From Amoebophrya sp. A120 (lineage: Eukaryota > Protista > Dinoflagellata): a stretch of DNA of 64,000 nt. Position numbers and translations under genes: made by a program. The stretch lies in the NCBI GenBank assembly GCA_905178155.1, contig CAJINV010000013.1, forward strand, positions 1,546,833-1,610,832. Direction: 5' to 3'. Below, in pieces: positions 52,701 through 63,570 of this stretch (positions within the stretch are counted from its first letter, which is position 1; every line of letters starts with the position of its first letter). The notes under the pieces are model-generated. The model did not search any database. It saw only the letters and a program-made list of their open reading frames with translations, and was not told the origin of the DNA.

Positions 52701-55359
52701 TAAACTTGTCGTGCAGAATTTCCATGCCCCATGAGGTTTGGAAAAATGCCGGACCTAGCATAACAGATTCTGCGAGGTCTCTAACTCTATCATGCCTGTA
52801 CTGCATGAGAAACTTCCTCTGATGGTGGTCAGAAAAGGGCACCTTTTGGCGATCGCGCAAGACAGATTTTTGTGTGATCCATCGGACGCATCACAAGTTC
52901 GATCCTTCGAGACCCAGACATATTTGCATTTGATATCTTTTTCACCAGCGCCGATTGCGCCTCTTTCATCTCCGCGGAAGTAGAGGGAGTTGTATCTTCG
53001 GACTTCTTATGCACTGCAAATATGTCTGGGTCTGGAAGATGTAAAGTTGTGATGCGTATTTCACATGACACACACATCTCTCATGCATAGCCAGCAAAAG
53101 ATGCCCACTTCCTGTCACCAAAATGGGGGATTTGTCATGCGCATCAGGCATTGCGAAACCTTCTCGAAATCTGTGATGCTGGGGCTTCCTTACCAGACCT
53201 TCTGTGTCATGTTGGGAGACTAAGGGCAGGGCGTCCCTGTTTAAACAACGAGACTACAAACTTAAACCGCGTACTCGGTAAACTCTAAGATAGAAACTTG
53301 AACAGCGCGATTTCTATCGAGAGACAGCAACAAAACCTCCTGGGACGGCTGGGACGTGAGTTTTGTTTCTATCTAGGTAGAAATAGCACTGTGCAAACTT
53401 CGTATCCCAGCACCGAGGGAACAAAAAAACCGTACAAAAGGAGTGAAGCGATACGCTATGACACAGTCCCCCCTACAGCAAAAAACCATCCTAAAAAATG
53501 GTATCTCGTATTTCTAGCAGAACGGTAAAAAGTCCGGAAGAGGAGTTGCGATCGTAGCACCAGCGTCCAAGTCCAAGGACTATCATGCAAATGGCCAGGT
53601 AAACCTCGAGGTCGGTATGACAAGCATGACAAACCAAGACGACCAGGTTAGAAACGTGCTACGAGAACAGAGGTGAGCATGACCAAACCGAGAAACCGCA
53701 TGACAAAAAACCGAGAAACCGAGAGACCTTCTGTGTCATGCAAAAACAGTAACAGCACGACACCTTCCAGACCCAGACATATTTACATTTGATACTTCGT
53801 TCTCGTCGTGTCTCCTACAAGCGAGGAAGATTTCACAGCTTTATGCGCCTGCTGCTGTGCAGCTTCATGCTCGTCCACAGAAGCTTCCAACTTGCCCACG
53901 GCCGACGCCAACACAGGGGGCTCACCAGACTTTATCTTCTTTGCTAGTGCAGCCTGCGCTTCCTTCGTGCTCCTGTCGGCGATCGAGGTGGAGCTGAGTT
54001 GTGCTCCTGCAGTAGTGCCGGTCTCCTCATGGCCCGCCGCGTCAGCGTTCCCTTGGAGTTCTCGTAGTTGCGGTTGTTCCTCGTCACTTCTAGGTTTTGC
54101 AGCTGCTGAGACGCCGCTCAAATGATCTTCTACGGGGTTTCTAGTTGTATGTAGCTCGACCTTCATTTTCTTCATTGTCTCCTGTCCCTGTCCTCGTTCC
54201 TGTGCTGCTTTACTAGCGGGGGTCAAAGCAGCAAAAGACGACGCGGAGGCTGATGAAGAAGAGGCCAGTGTTGTTGTGCTGGGCGAACTAGTACTTTTAA
54301 GGCTTTTCTTTGAGGAGGGATTAGTAACTCTCGTACGAAAAAAGTGTTTCACTGCAAGTACTTACTTCGCAAGTTCTGCATCGCAAGTTCGTTACACATG
54401 ATAAACAAAACTTGCCATGTTGTGTGGTTCCTCAAAAGAAAATCACCGAGATTTTCAACAATATCTTGCATATGGAGCACGCCAAATACAACTTCTGTGC
54501 TCCGTTCTATGCGTCACAAGTTCACGGCGAAACAGTTTTTTCTTGCAATAATACTCGGCGGTGGCTTGATGTGCGCAGTGCCAGTCACAACCGCATCGGT
54601 AGCCGTATAGAAGTACGTCGTCGAACTACACAATGCTGCCGCGAGGCCAGCGCAGGAAAGGAGTTTCTTCACCCTAAGTGGTCGCCCCCTTGTTCTAGAC
54701 AGGCATTTTAGAAGAGGCTCCACCTTCTGCTTGTGGCCATTTGCAGCAGAAGAAGATGTTCTTGTCGCGTGCGGCCTGCTCCTCTCTACTAGTACTACAG
54801 GAGAACAAAAAGCTGCGCTACTTCGGTGCTGCTTCAGAGTTTTTTCTTCCCGCCGCCGCTCTCGTCGCTGGTGCCGGTGAAGAGTTACAAGATTGCTCTT
54901 TCCCCTCGGCGGCAAAAACTTTTGCCACTTCGTGTTCTTTCTTGGGTGATGATTTTCATCCTGCTCCGCGTAGAAGTCTTGTTTCATCCTACTATGACGC
55001 GAACTAGAACTTTCGCTCGGTTCATTTTTAGTGATGAAGCTCAGGAAGGCCACACCCGCGGGGATCGTCGCTGTCATCTCGGGGGCCTGGACCGCTTGTA
55101 GAATTGTTTTTTTAGAAGTGGTTGACGTTCCTGGGCCGCTTGTTACCATGCCAGATCCAATTCTTTCTTTCCGAGGAAAGGAAAGAGTAAAATCATCCCG
55201 AGCATTTGCACCTCTCTGGCTACGATGCTCCGCCGGCGTGGGCGCCGTAGATTCGGTCACAACTTGGCTGAGTAACGGCACAAATGCAACATCCGCGTCT
55301 GAAGTTTCATGTCTCGCTTTTCTTCCTCTTTCCCTACCGCCCGAGCTACTTGCCTCCAT
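49704..55359 (-). CDS. Large multi-exon protein: KEAQxALxKKI repeats followed by Cys-rich modules separated by Thr-rich linkers (ends uncertain)
   Basis: In-frame joins across 5 IEs; four modules of the pattern C..CxxNxC..CCx(K/R)P..CPT; the canonical-intron joins between blocks were not traced. Confidence 0.6.
50813..51090. mobile_element. Introner element, family A
   Basis: Perfect TTCTT direct repeat; joins EENK-KCPTTT. Confidence 0.85.
51229..51469. mobile_element. Introner element, family A
   Basis: Perfect GGGTC direct repeat; joins DVVT-LCSENEC. Confidence 0.85.
52659..52935. mobile_element. Introner element, family A
   Basis: Perfect TCTTT direct repeat; joins LVKK-IKAGKP. Confidence 0.88.
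53008..53794. mobile_element. Introner element, family A, carrying a nested insertion
   Basis: TIRs; flanks CTTCT/CTTCG; 258 bp after removing the insert and one duplicate. Confidence 0.85.
53212..53723 (+). mobile_element. Nested 512-bp insertion, possible truncated non-LTR/SINE-like element
   Basis: Perfect 17-bp duplication AGACCTTCTGTGTCATG (53195-53211, 53724-53740); AAACCGAG-repeat tail; no TIR seen. Confidence 0.75.
54329..54550. mobile_element. Introner element, family D, degenerate
   Basis: TCTCGTACGAAAAAAGTGTTTCAC / GAAACAGTTTTTTCTTGCAATA; element+5 joins PPS-INPSSKK. Confidence 0.65.
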
Positions 55360-56425
55360 TGCTTCACCGGAGCTGGGCTGCGCGCTGCAGCCTCTGGCAA
55401 GACGGCAGCCCAGGAAAGCGGGAAAGCAAGCGCCTCAAATAATTCTAAAAGTTACCCGCTGAGAACTCACTATCGTGATTTTGATCTTCCGTGTCTCGGA
55501 TGGATGGTGGTTTGCCTTCGCTCGTCGCCCTTGCGGAGGTGTAGTACCTGCCTGATTCATGCTTTTCCGCGCATCACTCCCTCAAACAAACGCTCAGACA
55601 GTAGTACAGTAGAGCACACTCACGGAACATGATCTATCAGCAGAGATAGAAGAACAAGCCTGACACAATTCGGCACCAGAAGCGACTTTCCTTTTGAATC
55701 GTGTCGCAAGTGTAGTAGGTCATTTGAGTCGTCCAAATTGTCGCACTCGCAGCAATAATGGAGTAAAAGTCGCCTATTTCGTCAGGGTCAGGGCTTTGTT
55801 CGAAGTGGAATGAGCTAAGTGAGTACACACGTCCTTAGCATCACGGTGATTCTTTGGGCTCTTATTCAATCGCCTCCCATAAAGTTCGATGCACCAGATC
55901 GAAAGATATTGATATGATGATGCAGCTTCACGCTTGACTTCTCTCTATGCATGTAGTCCATGAACATGAAGAATGGTGTACATGTCAATACTTAAATGCT
56001 GAGGGGCTACCTCGTGTTATCAGAGTCAGACCTGTGCCTGTTACTGTCTCAAAAACAAGTATAAAATTGATATTTGTTCTTTCAACTTCCACTTTCTCCA
56101 AGCTATTGCTGAGCTGATCTTGGCTGCGCTGTTGGTTCGTAGTAGATCAAGCATTTTCTGCTCGTAGGGGAATGGGTAGGACGAGAAGAAAGATGTTGAG
56201 CCATCGTTAACCACAAAGGCTTAGCAGCTTGTAGGTACCTACTTACTGTTACGCTGTAAAAAAAAAAAACGAAGAGGATGATCATGATCGCGAGGGTACA
56301 AAAGAGCATTTCTTTATTCGACGCTGCTAGTATGCACAATAGGCGATAGGCGAGAAGCGTTCGCTATGAATGTTGACCAAATATTTTTTCCGCAATTTTG
56401 CTCTTCGTGAAGTCTTTGTTCAATA

Positions 56426-57640
56426 TCAAACCGTCCTTCGACCCGGGAACCTCTCCCGCTCCCGACTTTTCCGTCCCCGTCCCTCCAGCACTTTGCGGCG
56501 CTGAAATTCCAGAGTGGCTTGATCCACGAAAATCTCGTGCTCGGGGAAGAGCGAGTGCAGCTTCCGGCCGGAAATGTAGTAGAGAAAATTTTTGCCCTGG
56601 TCGTCGGTAGTTTCTGGGTCTTCCTGTTCCGACGGCGCGTCGTGCTCGTCCATATCATCGCTGAACTCCTCCTCGTCCTCTTCATCTACTCCGCTTGTTT
56701 CCACATCGTAAAAATCCACCGACGCAGCAAAGAACTCCGCCTCACGCTGCGGGACGCGAACAGGTCGTTGCAGCATATCCTCACCGTCGTGCTTTTGTTG
56801 GATGTTCATTTCTGGTTCATGTTTATTTCCACTTCTTGTCCGATTCTTTCCAAAAGCTGCGCCATCTTCGACAAGACCCTGCTCCTGTAGGTGGTCATGC
56901 TCTACGCTTGTACTACTAGTCTGTTCGCTGTAGGTGTTCGCGGAGGAGGATGAACTGGACGGGTGATCGTCCCGTGTTGAATCGGAGGTCCTCGCACTTG
57001 TTGTATCACTTGTAAGGCAATAATTCGTTCCACCAGCATAGTGATCGGTTCTATAATGACGCCGCGGTTTATTGTGAGCACCACCTTCTCCTCGCAAGGA
57101 CGTCGTGAAAACCTCATCGACGCGATGCACAACGACGTCGACTAACAGCGTCTGATCGTCAAAAATTTTCTCACCCCGAACCACCAGCGGGCCGGTGCAA
57201 TTCTTCTCCAGAAACGCCATCATAAACTGCTTCAAATCGTAGATCGTGTGGCGTTCCCGCAGGTTCGAATCCGCTGAGCTGGTGTTCAGAACATAGCTGT
57301 TGCCATTCATCTCGTAGATGCTGAACGGCGGTAACAGACTCCCATACTGCTGCTCTAAATCCACGCATGCAGGAACAGTTTCAACATTCTCTGCTTGTAA
57401 TTCCTGTCTCCCGTCCACCGGGTTCTTGTGCTTGCCCCCGTCCCTGCATTGCACTGCGTTTATTGCATACGGGTCGTCAAAAAGAACCTCCACACCGCTC
57501 GACGTAGTCACCGACCCGTCTGCGCTTTCAACAGCATCTGCTTTCAGCACCTGCAGCTCGCGCAGGACGCGGGAAAACAACGCGCGTTCGGCCCGGCCGG
57601 GGGGCTGCGCGGGGCGGACGGGACCGGTGCGGCGACTCAT
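56426..57640 (-). CDS. Hypothetical protein, possibly with a divergent ubiquitin-like segment
   Basis: 404-aa ATG ORF; TIYDLKQ...LVVRGEKIFDDQTLL loosely resembles Ubl folds. Confidence 0.6.
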   Translation of the reverse strand: MSRRTGPVRPAQPPGRAERALFSRVLRELQVLKADAVESADGSVTTSSGVEVLFDDPYAINAVQCRDGGKHKNPVDGRQELQAENVETVPACVDLEQQYGSLLPPFSIYEMNGNSYVLNTSSADSNLRERHTIYDLKQFMMAFLEKNCTGPLVVRGEKIFDDQTLLVDVVVHRVDEVFTTSLRGEGGAHNKPRRHYRTDHYAGGTNYCLTSDTTSARTSDSTRDDHPSSSSSSANTYSEQTSSTSVEHDHLQEQGLVEDGAAFGKNRTRSGNKHEPEMNIQQKHDGEDMLQRPVRVPQREAEFFAASVDFYDVETSGVDEEDEEEFSDDMDEHDAPSEQEDPETTDDQGKNFLYYISGRKLHSLFPEHEIFVDQATLEFQRRKVLEGRGRKSRERERFPGRRTV

Positions 57641-59013
57641 TCGATACTGTCGCGTAGGAGTTCTGGGGGAGGCGGTTTTATGTGGTCTTTCTGACTTCTA
57701 CTAGACGGGGGCGGCGTCTGCTTTTGTTCTGTTACGTCGAAGGAAGAAAACGGAACAACTGCGGGAAGGAATAAAATGTCAGGTACTAGTTAGAGGGTAA
57801 AATGGTACACAAGTGCGATGTCGGAAGTAGAGCAAGGGTGATAGGGTAAACGTGGGAAGATCACCTGCCTCGTCTTCTGGAATCTTTATTCGGGTAGCTA
57901 GCGTAGACGTCGCAACAGAAGTACGGCAAGCAGTTCGTTTCTACAAAGATCGAACTCTTCTCACTTCATAAGACAAAGATTCATATCCTGAAAAAAGCTA
58001 CGTACTTTTGCAGGTGGTGGGGGAACCACGGGGTGAGTGAGCGGGGGACTCGGGGGGGGAGGGGCAAAATCTGCAAAAACCTGTTTTTTTCATCGAGGAG
58101 GGATCCGTTTTTGAGGATTTGCGTGAAGTTGCGATTTTCTTTCCTCTGCAACAACTCACACTCTGCAGACACTTCTGAATCTGCGACTGCTGGCTTGGCA
58201 ACTGCAGCACTCGTCGCATAAGAACAAATTTGGTACCGATGGGCGTGTATTCGCTCCTTTTGTGACCGATTCTTGAGAAAGACTACAAAAAGAAAAAACT
58301 ACCAAACAAAAAACGGATCTTGGGGCTCGATTTCATTTTTTCCAAGGGATATCGAATCGAGCGATTATTTTCAGATCATTTTTGCTTTCGGATATCTTTA
58401 CCGAATGAAAAAGCTCTGCAGCAATGCACACCAGAAAAAAAGACGGAAATTTGTTGAATTTCCTCAGCGGCAAGCTTCTCACAAATAAAGAACCCGTAGG
58501 TCTGGGCCTCTCGTTGAAATCTTTCCAGCAGCGGTTCTTACACCGACAGAGAGAAGTACAGCAGTCTGATAGTGCGTAGTGTTTGATAAAGCAAAAGTTG
58601 CCACCAGTATGTGATAAAACAGAAAGCTTCGCACATGAAACACTTGCACGTCCAACAGACACCGTCGTCAGAGAAGAAAGATGAGGAAAGGAACAACTAC
58701 ACTCTCCTCGTTTACTGTACATGCACAACATGATATACGGGAAATAACTGAGTACTTACCGCTGGAACTCGCACTCGAGATACACTTGGATTTCCTGCAT
58801 GCCGCAATCCCAAATACTATATGAATGACCTGTCCTTCTGGGTAGAATATCAAAAACTCAAAATTTCAAAACGTGAACTACCGGCGCATCGTCCTACTGT
58901 GTATGACTCGGAAACTCTAAAATTCCTCTAGAAGGCGAAGCATTCTTTATTTGTTTTTCGACATCATCTGAAAAATGCGTGCGACAGATCTTCTGTCGCG
59001 ACATCGCAACCCT

Positions 59014-60744
59014 TCAGTAGACAATTCCATTCACTTTCTTCCACGTCCTAAATACCTGTGCGCACTGGTCTTTCAAAATGTTCATTTTCGGCTGGTTTCG
59101 CGTAAGGTCCTTGCTTGCCTCCTCGTGGCAATTGTGTTTCCGGTGATGGTGGTGACGGTGCTTTTTTGACGAGGGGTCCTGTTCTTCGGCGCTATTGCTT
59201 ATTTGCTTCACCTCAGACGAGATAGCAGTGGTGGACTGTGGCGCGGCGCTAGTAGATGATGAAACTCCGGGGATATTAACATTATCTTCACCAAGAACGG
59301 ACATTTGGACTGCTCCGAGTTCAAGAACTGGAGAAGCCGGGCGAGCCTGTTCGTCTTCTGCTCTGCCGTGCTCTACAACGGCTGCAGCAGTTGTAGTCGT
59401 ACTACTCCCCGTAGTTGCAGAGGGCGTGGCAAGAGCTTGTTTCGTTTCCACAGTAAAATTAGCAGGCTTTTGTTCTGTGCTACTCGCCCCCGCCCCCAAG
59501 CCTTCGTACAGCTTGACCCTTCCCACGTTTGCCCAACAGAGCGCCGCAATGCTCATTTCGTTCAGGTACATCTCGCTCCTCTCGAAGGCGCAGTGCAGCA
59601 CGCTCGTTTCCTTCGGCAAGTGGTGCTTCTGCAACTTCGCACAGGCCAGCTCGATGCAAGCCGTTATCGGGGAGATGGTTGGGTCCTCGCCCTTATGTTC
59701 ATCCAGAGATGTTGTTGAGCCGACCACCTGCAGCGCTTCCTCTGCCCGAAACTCCTGCCCGTCAACAATCAACACGACCGCCGGGGTCCCGACGCTACTT
59801 CGCATTTGTGCCGGATCTAGCGACGGGTGCGTACTGGAGTGGTGGTGGTGTTTTTTAGCGTTAATATTCTTATCTTCGTTTGCATAATTTAAATTCTTCC
59901 CTTGGAGCTCCTCGTTGCTTTTCACGATTTCGATGGTCAAAAACTTGCCCCGAAACTTGCTGTCCTGCTTTTTAGAAGGAGCTGGGGATGCGGTTGAATT
60001 TTTGGTACTAGTAGCACCATCAGCCTCAGCTTTAGTAGTAGTGTCCACTTCTGGCGATGCGGCTGCTTCTGATTTATTTTCGACGGCATTCACTCCAAGA
60101 CGACTCGATGACCCCTTATCGTTGCTGGTCGGGCCGCCTTTAATATTCCCTTGCTCCGCTTGTCTTTTATCCAGCCACTTTTGTACCCCGTCCATTTCGT
60201 CGTAGAAAGCCTTGTCGTTGAAGCCGAAAGCCGCAGCGGTGTCTCGGTCCACTCCCACATACACATTGCGAATCCAGGGCGCACGCGCGATCGCCCCGCG
60301 GCACATCGGACACGGTTCCGCGGTGGTGTACAGGTCGTAGGAGGGCGTTTTTGTAGTACTGTTTTTCAAAATTATATCGGGATCAACTACATCCCCGCTG
60401 ACGGCTGAAGTAGTCGGGTTCATGTTATTTGCATCGCCGCACACTATTGGTGAGTCAGCGTCTATTCCCGTCGTAGTTGATGAAAAAATTCGGTTCGCGG
60501 CCACACGCAACGCGTTCATCTCGCCGTGCCGGGTCGGATTGTTTTCCAGCAGTACCGTGTTGTGCTCGCAGGACACCAAGCGATTGGTGCGCCAGTTGAC
60601 AATCGAGCAGCCGAAGGGCCCCCCGTCTTTCGCAACGACCCCGGCGTAGGCACTGGCACAGGCGGCGAGCATCCATGCCTGTTCGGTGTCATTACAGGAG
60701 GCCGTGGCGCTGCCAGCACACGAGGAGAAGCACGGCAGTGGCAT
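59014..60744 (-). CDS. Zn-dependent nucleobase/nucleoside deaminase (GuaD/guanosine deaminase-like) with a degenerate second domain
   Basis: GGPFG, HNTV, PTRHGEMNA (HxE), LYTTAEPCPMC (PCxxC), AFGFND and C-terminal Tyr. Confidence 0.85.
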   Translation of the reverse strand: MPLPCFSSCAGSATASCNDTEQAWMLAACASAYAGVVAKDGGPFGCSIVNWRTNRLVSCEHNTVLLENNPTRHGEMNALRVAANRIFSSTTTGIDADSPIVCGDANNMNPTTSAVSGDVVDPDIILKNSTTKTPSYDLYTTAEPCPMCRGAIARAPWIRNVYVGVDRDTAAAFGFNDKAFYDEMDGVQKWLDKRQAEQGNIKGGPTSNDKGSSSRLGVNAVENKSEAAASPEVDTTTKAEADGATSTKNSTASPAPSKKQDSKFRGKFLTIEIVKSNEELQGKNLNYANEDKNINAKKHHHHSSTHPSLDPAQMRSSVGTPAVVLIVDGQEFRAEEALQVVGSTTSLDEHKGEDPTISPITACIELACAKLQKHHLPKETSVLHCAFERSEMYLNEMSIAALCWANVGRVKLYEGLGAGASSTEQKPANFTVETKQALATPSATTGSSTTTTAAAVVEHGRAEDEQARPASPVLELGAVQMSVLGEDNVNIPGVSSSTSAAPQSTTAISSEVKQISNSAEEQDPSSKKHRHHHHRKHNCHEEASKDLTRNQPKMNILKDQCAQVFRTWKKVNGIVY

Positions 60745-61140
60745 GTTGTTTGTGCTAGTTAGAAAGCCACCAGTTGCTGGAATTTACATAAGTACTTACA
60801 ATGCAACGTAGTCTTCTGGTGCGTGCGCGTGGTGCGTTGTAAAAAGGAACTAAAAAAAGCGTGGAAAGTAGAGACAACTGCAGCGTCACCCGAGTCCTGT
60901 TTAGAGCCGCTTGCTTCAAACTGATGCGACAACTTGAAAGTCGCTTGTGGCCTCTAAGAAAAATGGCGTGAGGCTTATATCAAAAACATGAGAGAATATC
61001 AGGTGCGCAGGGGGATACGATATCCCTGTACTGAGTACAAACGAAAACCGAGAGGCCACAGCATATCTATGTATGCAAACTTGGACGAGGTAAGTACTAC
61101 CGCACGACCTGTTAGTAGGCAAGGGAATTTCGGCCGCCAC

Positions 61141-61188
61141 GATTAAACGTTGCACGATGAAACGTTGCACGATAAAACGTTGCACGAT
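61141..61188. repeat. 15-bp tandem repeat x3 (GATnAAACGTTGCAC)
   Basis: Direct inspection. Confidence 0.8.
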
Positions 61189-61745
61189 TTTCGGAAAAAA
61201 AGATTTTCAAAACCGTGGTGCACGTGCTTGTTGATTACTATACCGCACGAAAGAGACCACAACGAACGAGCAACAGTACGCGAAGACTTGCACGAAGACG
61301 ATGGATATAGGCGCACGCAGCGATGCAACAACAGTACTGGGGACGCCGGCTTCTATCTGCACTTTGAACTCCTCAGGGGCGCAATCGCGATCTGGTATTC
61401 ATAGTCATGTAACAGAACGAGATCATGCTGAAGTGCGGATGCCGAAGCAGAGACGCGAACCTATAGGCACGAGTGTCTGAAAATCATATACGAACCTATG
61501 TACTTTTACACGACACTGCAAACGCTGGAAAACCGCGACGCCATTGTGCCCAGAGCAGCCTCTATAATCGTAGTGCTTCTTCTTTCCTACGGCCTGGGCC
61601 TAATTTTTTCTTGTTCTGTGTGTGTTCCTTTCACGACGCGTTTGACCGCATCAAACCAAGTGAGAAGATTCTACCAGCACACGATGGCACAGTATCCACG
61701 CAGCGGCCTTTTGTTCTCACTGAAACTGATGACCATCAGATCATC

Positions 61746-62469
61746 TCAGTAAAACCTCAGTCGGGTGAATATTTCGTTGATGCGCTTCGGATACTCGTCG
61801 TGCGAGGCGACCAGGTCTGTATGGAAGCAAAACACCGAGGAGTCTGAGAAGTTTACTCAACTTTGTACTTTTGCAGCTCGGGGCAACTACACAGAAATGA
61901 CGTCGAAAAACTGCCTTTAGCAACTTCTCGAACGAACGAAACCGATTCTACTTGAGAGACTTCTCTACTAGACTCGCGATTTTTTCACCTCCATACTCAG
62001 ACAGGTCGTGGTTCTCAACGCCATTGATCTCGGTCACCGGACCCAGGCCCGCAACGGCAATCTTCCACTCCATGTAGCGGTAGAGAAATCCGAGAATCCA
62101 ATCCGAAGTGATGTATCAAAAGGAAAAATCCCCCCTCCCCATATCAAAGTTGCTATCTGTGTTGCGGGATTTGTGTACACAAATCAGCTCTGTCTTGCAG
62201 TAAAGGACTGCAGGCACATGCGAAGCCTGGAAAGGGCTGGCGGCAAGTGGGCGCTCAGCATGGCAGACCTCTGCCCTGTTGGCGCAGCAGCATTACAAAT
62301 CGCCGGCGTAAAGCGGCGGAAGCTCTAGCTTTGCTCTCTTGCAAGACAGACCTGATTTGTGACCCCAAATCAGCATCACAAACTTTCAAAAGGATGCCTT
62401 TTCGATATGGGGAGGGGGGATTTTTCCTTGCGATATGATGTAACCGTTGATCAGACGGCCGGAGACGAC
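61746..62469 (-). CDS. 3' exons of a DUF726/TMCO4-like protein; 2 IEs
   Basis: Spliced [48 protein letters not shown]-(D/E)[16 protein letters not shown] matches the DUF726 C-terminus as I recall it; upstream exons not located. Confidence 0.8.
61820..61995. mobile_element. Introner element, short distinct family (176 bp)
   Basis: TATGGA...GAGTCT TIR; flanks GTCTG/CTCAG; element+5 restores the frame. Confidence 0.75.
62114..62435. mobile_element. Introner element, family C
   Basis: 322 bp; perfect TGATG direct repeat. Confidence 0.9.
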
Positions 62470-63570
62470 CTGGAATGCGAATGATAAAGATACAATATGG
62501 CCATACTAACTACGGATTTTCAAAGTAGTCCAAAAAATTTCAGGGTCTCCGCGCGTATGCCTCACTGTGTTGTCTTTGCTTATGCGAAATCTGTCGCCCG
62601 CTAATGAGGCTGTGGGTGCGCAGATTCATTGAACTAGTGAACTAGGCAGGTTGCTACTGGGGCCGCCAGTTTCTGGAGCTGCGGACCCGGGTCATGTTTG
62701 AATCTTTCGTAAGATCCTCTTGGTCGTGGAGGCAATCGCACCCCCAAGAGAAGCCAAGGGGCTTCCCACAGCTTCTTGCACTCCCCATGTGCGCCGGGGC
62801 TGTAGGTGATGGCCCCGAACTCTTCGACGAGGCAGAAGGCGTTGAAATTGTGGCCCTGTGTCACATCCACGATGGTGCTGCGCCGTTCTTCCGACACGTC
62901 CCGCGTAGCCTCTTCGACAGAGGATGGGTGGCAGACCCAGTCTTCACGCTGCTCTTTTCAACCCACCACCCCCCCTTCGCTGGAAATATCAGCGCCCCCG
63001 CCTTCCCCTTCAATTTTCGTCCTAGTCCACACCTGCCGGGTTTTTTGCTTCTGCGCTGCGCCCGCCTGCTTTTGCATAGAGCAGTGGGCGCCGAACCAGG
63101 CGGGCCGCGCTTCAGTAGCGCAGCCACATGCGGCACAACTTCACCGCGCGAAGCCCGCAGGCGGCAGCCCGTCCATAACAATGGCCGCGAGTGTCTTTGG
63201 TGTGGGGAGTTTTCAAGGCCGTAGTGTTTTGCGCCTTGATTTAGCCGACACGAACTGCAGGGGGCGGGCGCACTGGAAAAAGGCGAGCGAATCTCTCGGC
63301 GGCCTATGAAGGACAATCCAGTGGCCAACCGGAAGTCCAACACAGTAGGGCTTCAGCTGCGCTGGCTCTAAACCTGTACATAGTACAGACCTACGTACGT
63401 ATGCGCCACACCTTCTCTTATCCGAATACAAGACTCTTCCGAAGCTCAAGCAAAGCGAGAAAAACGAAAGACGCAAGCGAAGCGCGATCCTACTCGGGCA
63501 TGCGAATCAGGTAGAAGAAGGGAACCGAAAAAGGCGAGCTTGTCCGAGGACCGAAAAAGCATATCTCATC

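Noticed and set aside
231-62435. Host genes as transposon-killed pseudogenes
   Set aside because: Exons keep intact frames and catalytic motifs even where the elements themselves are strongly decayed
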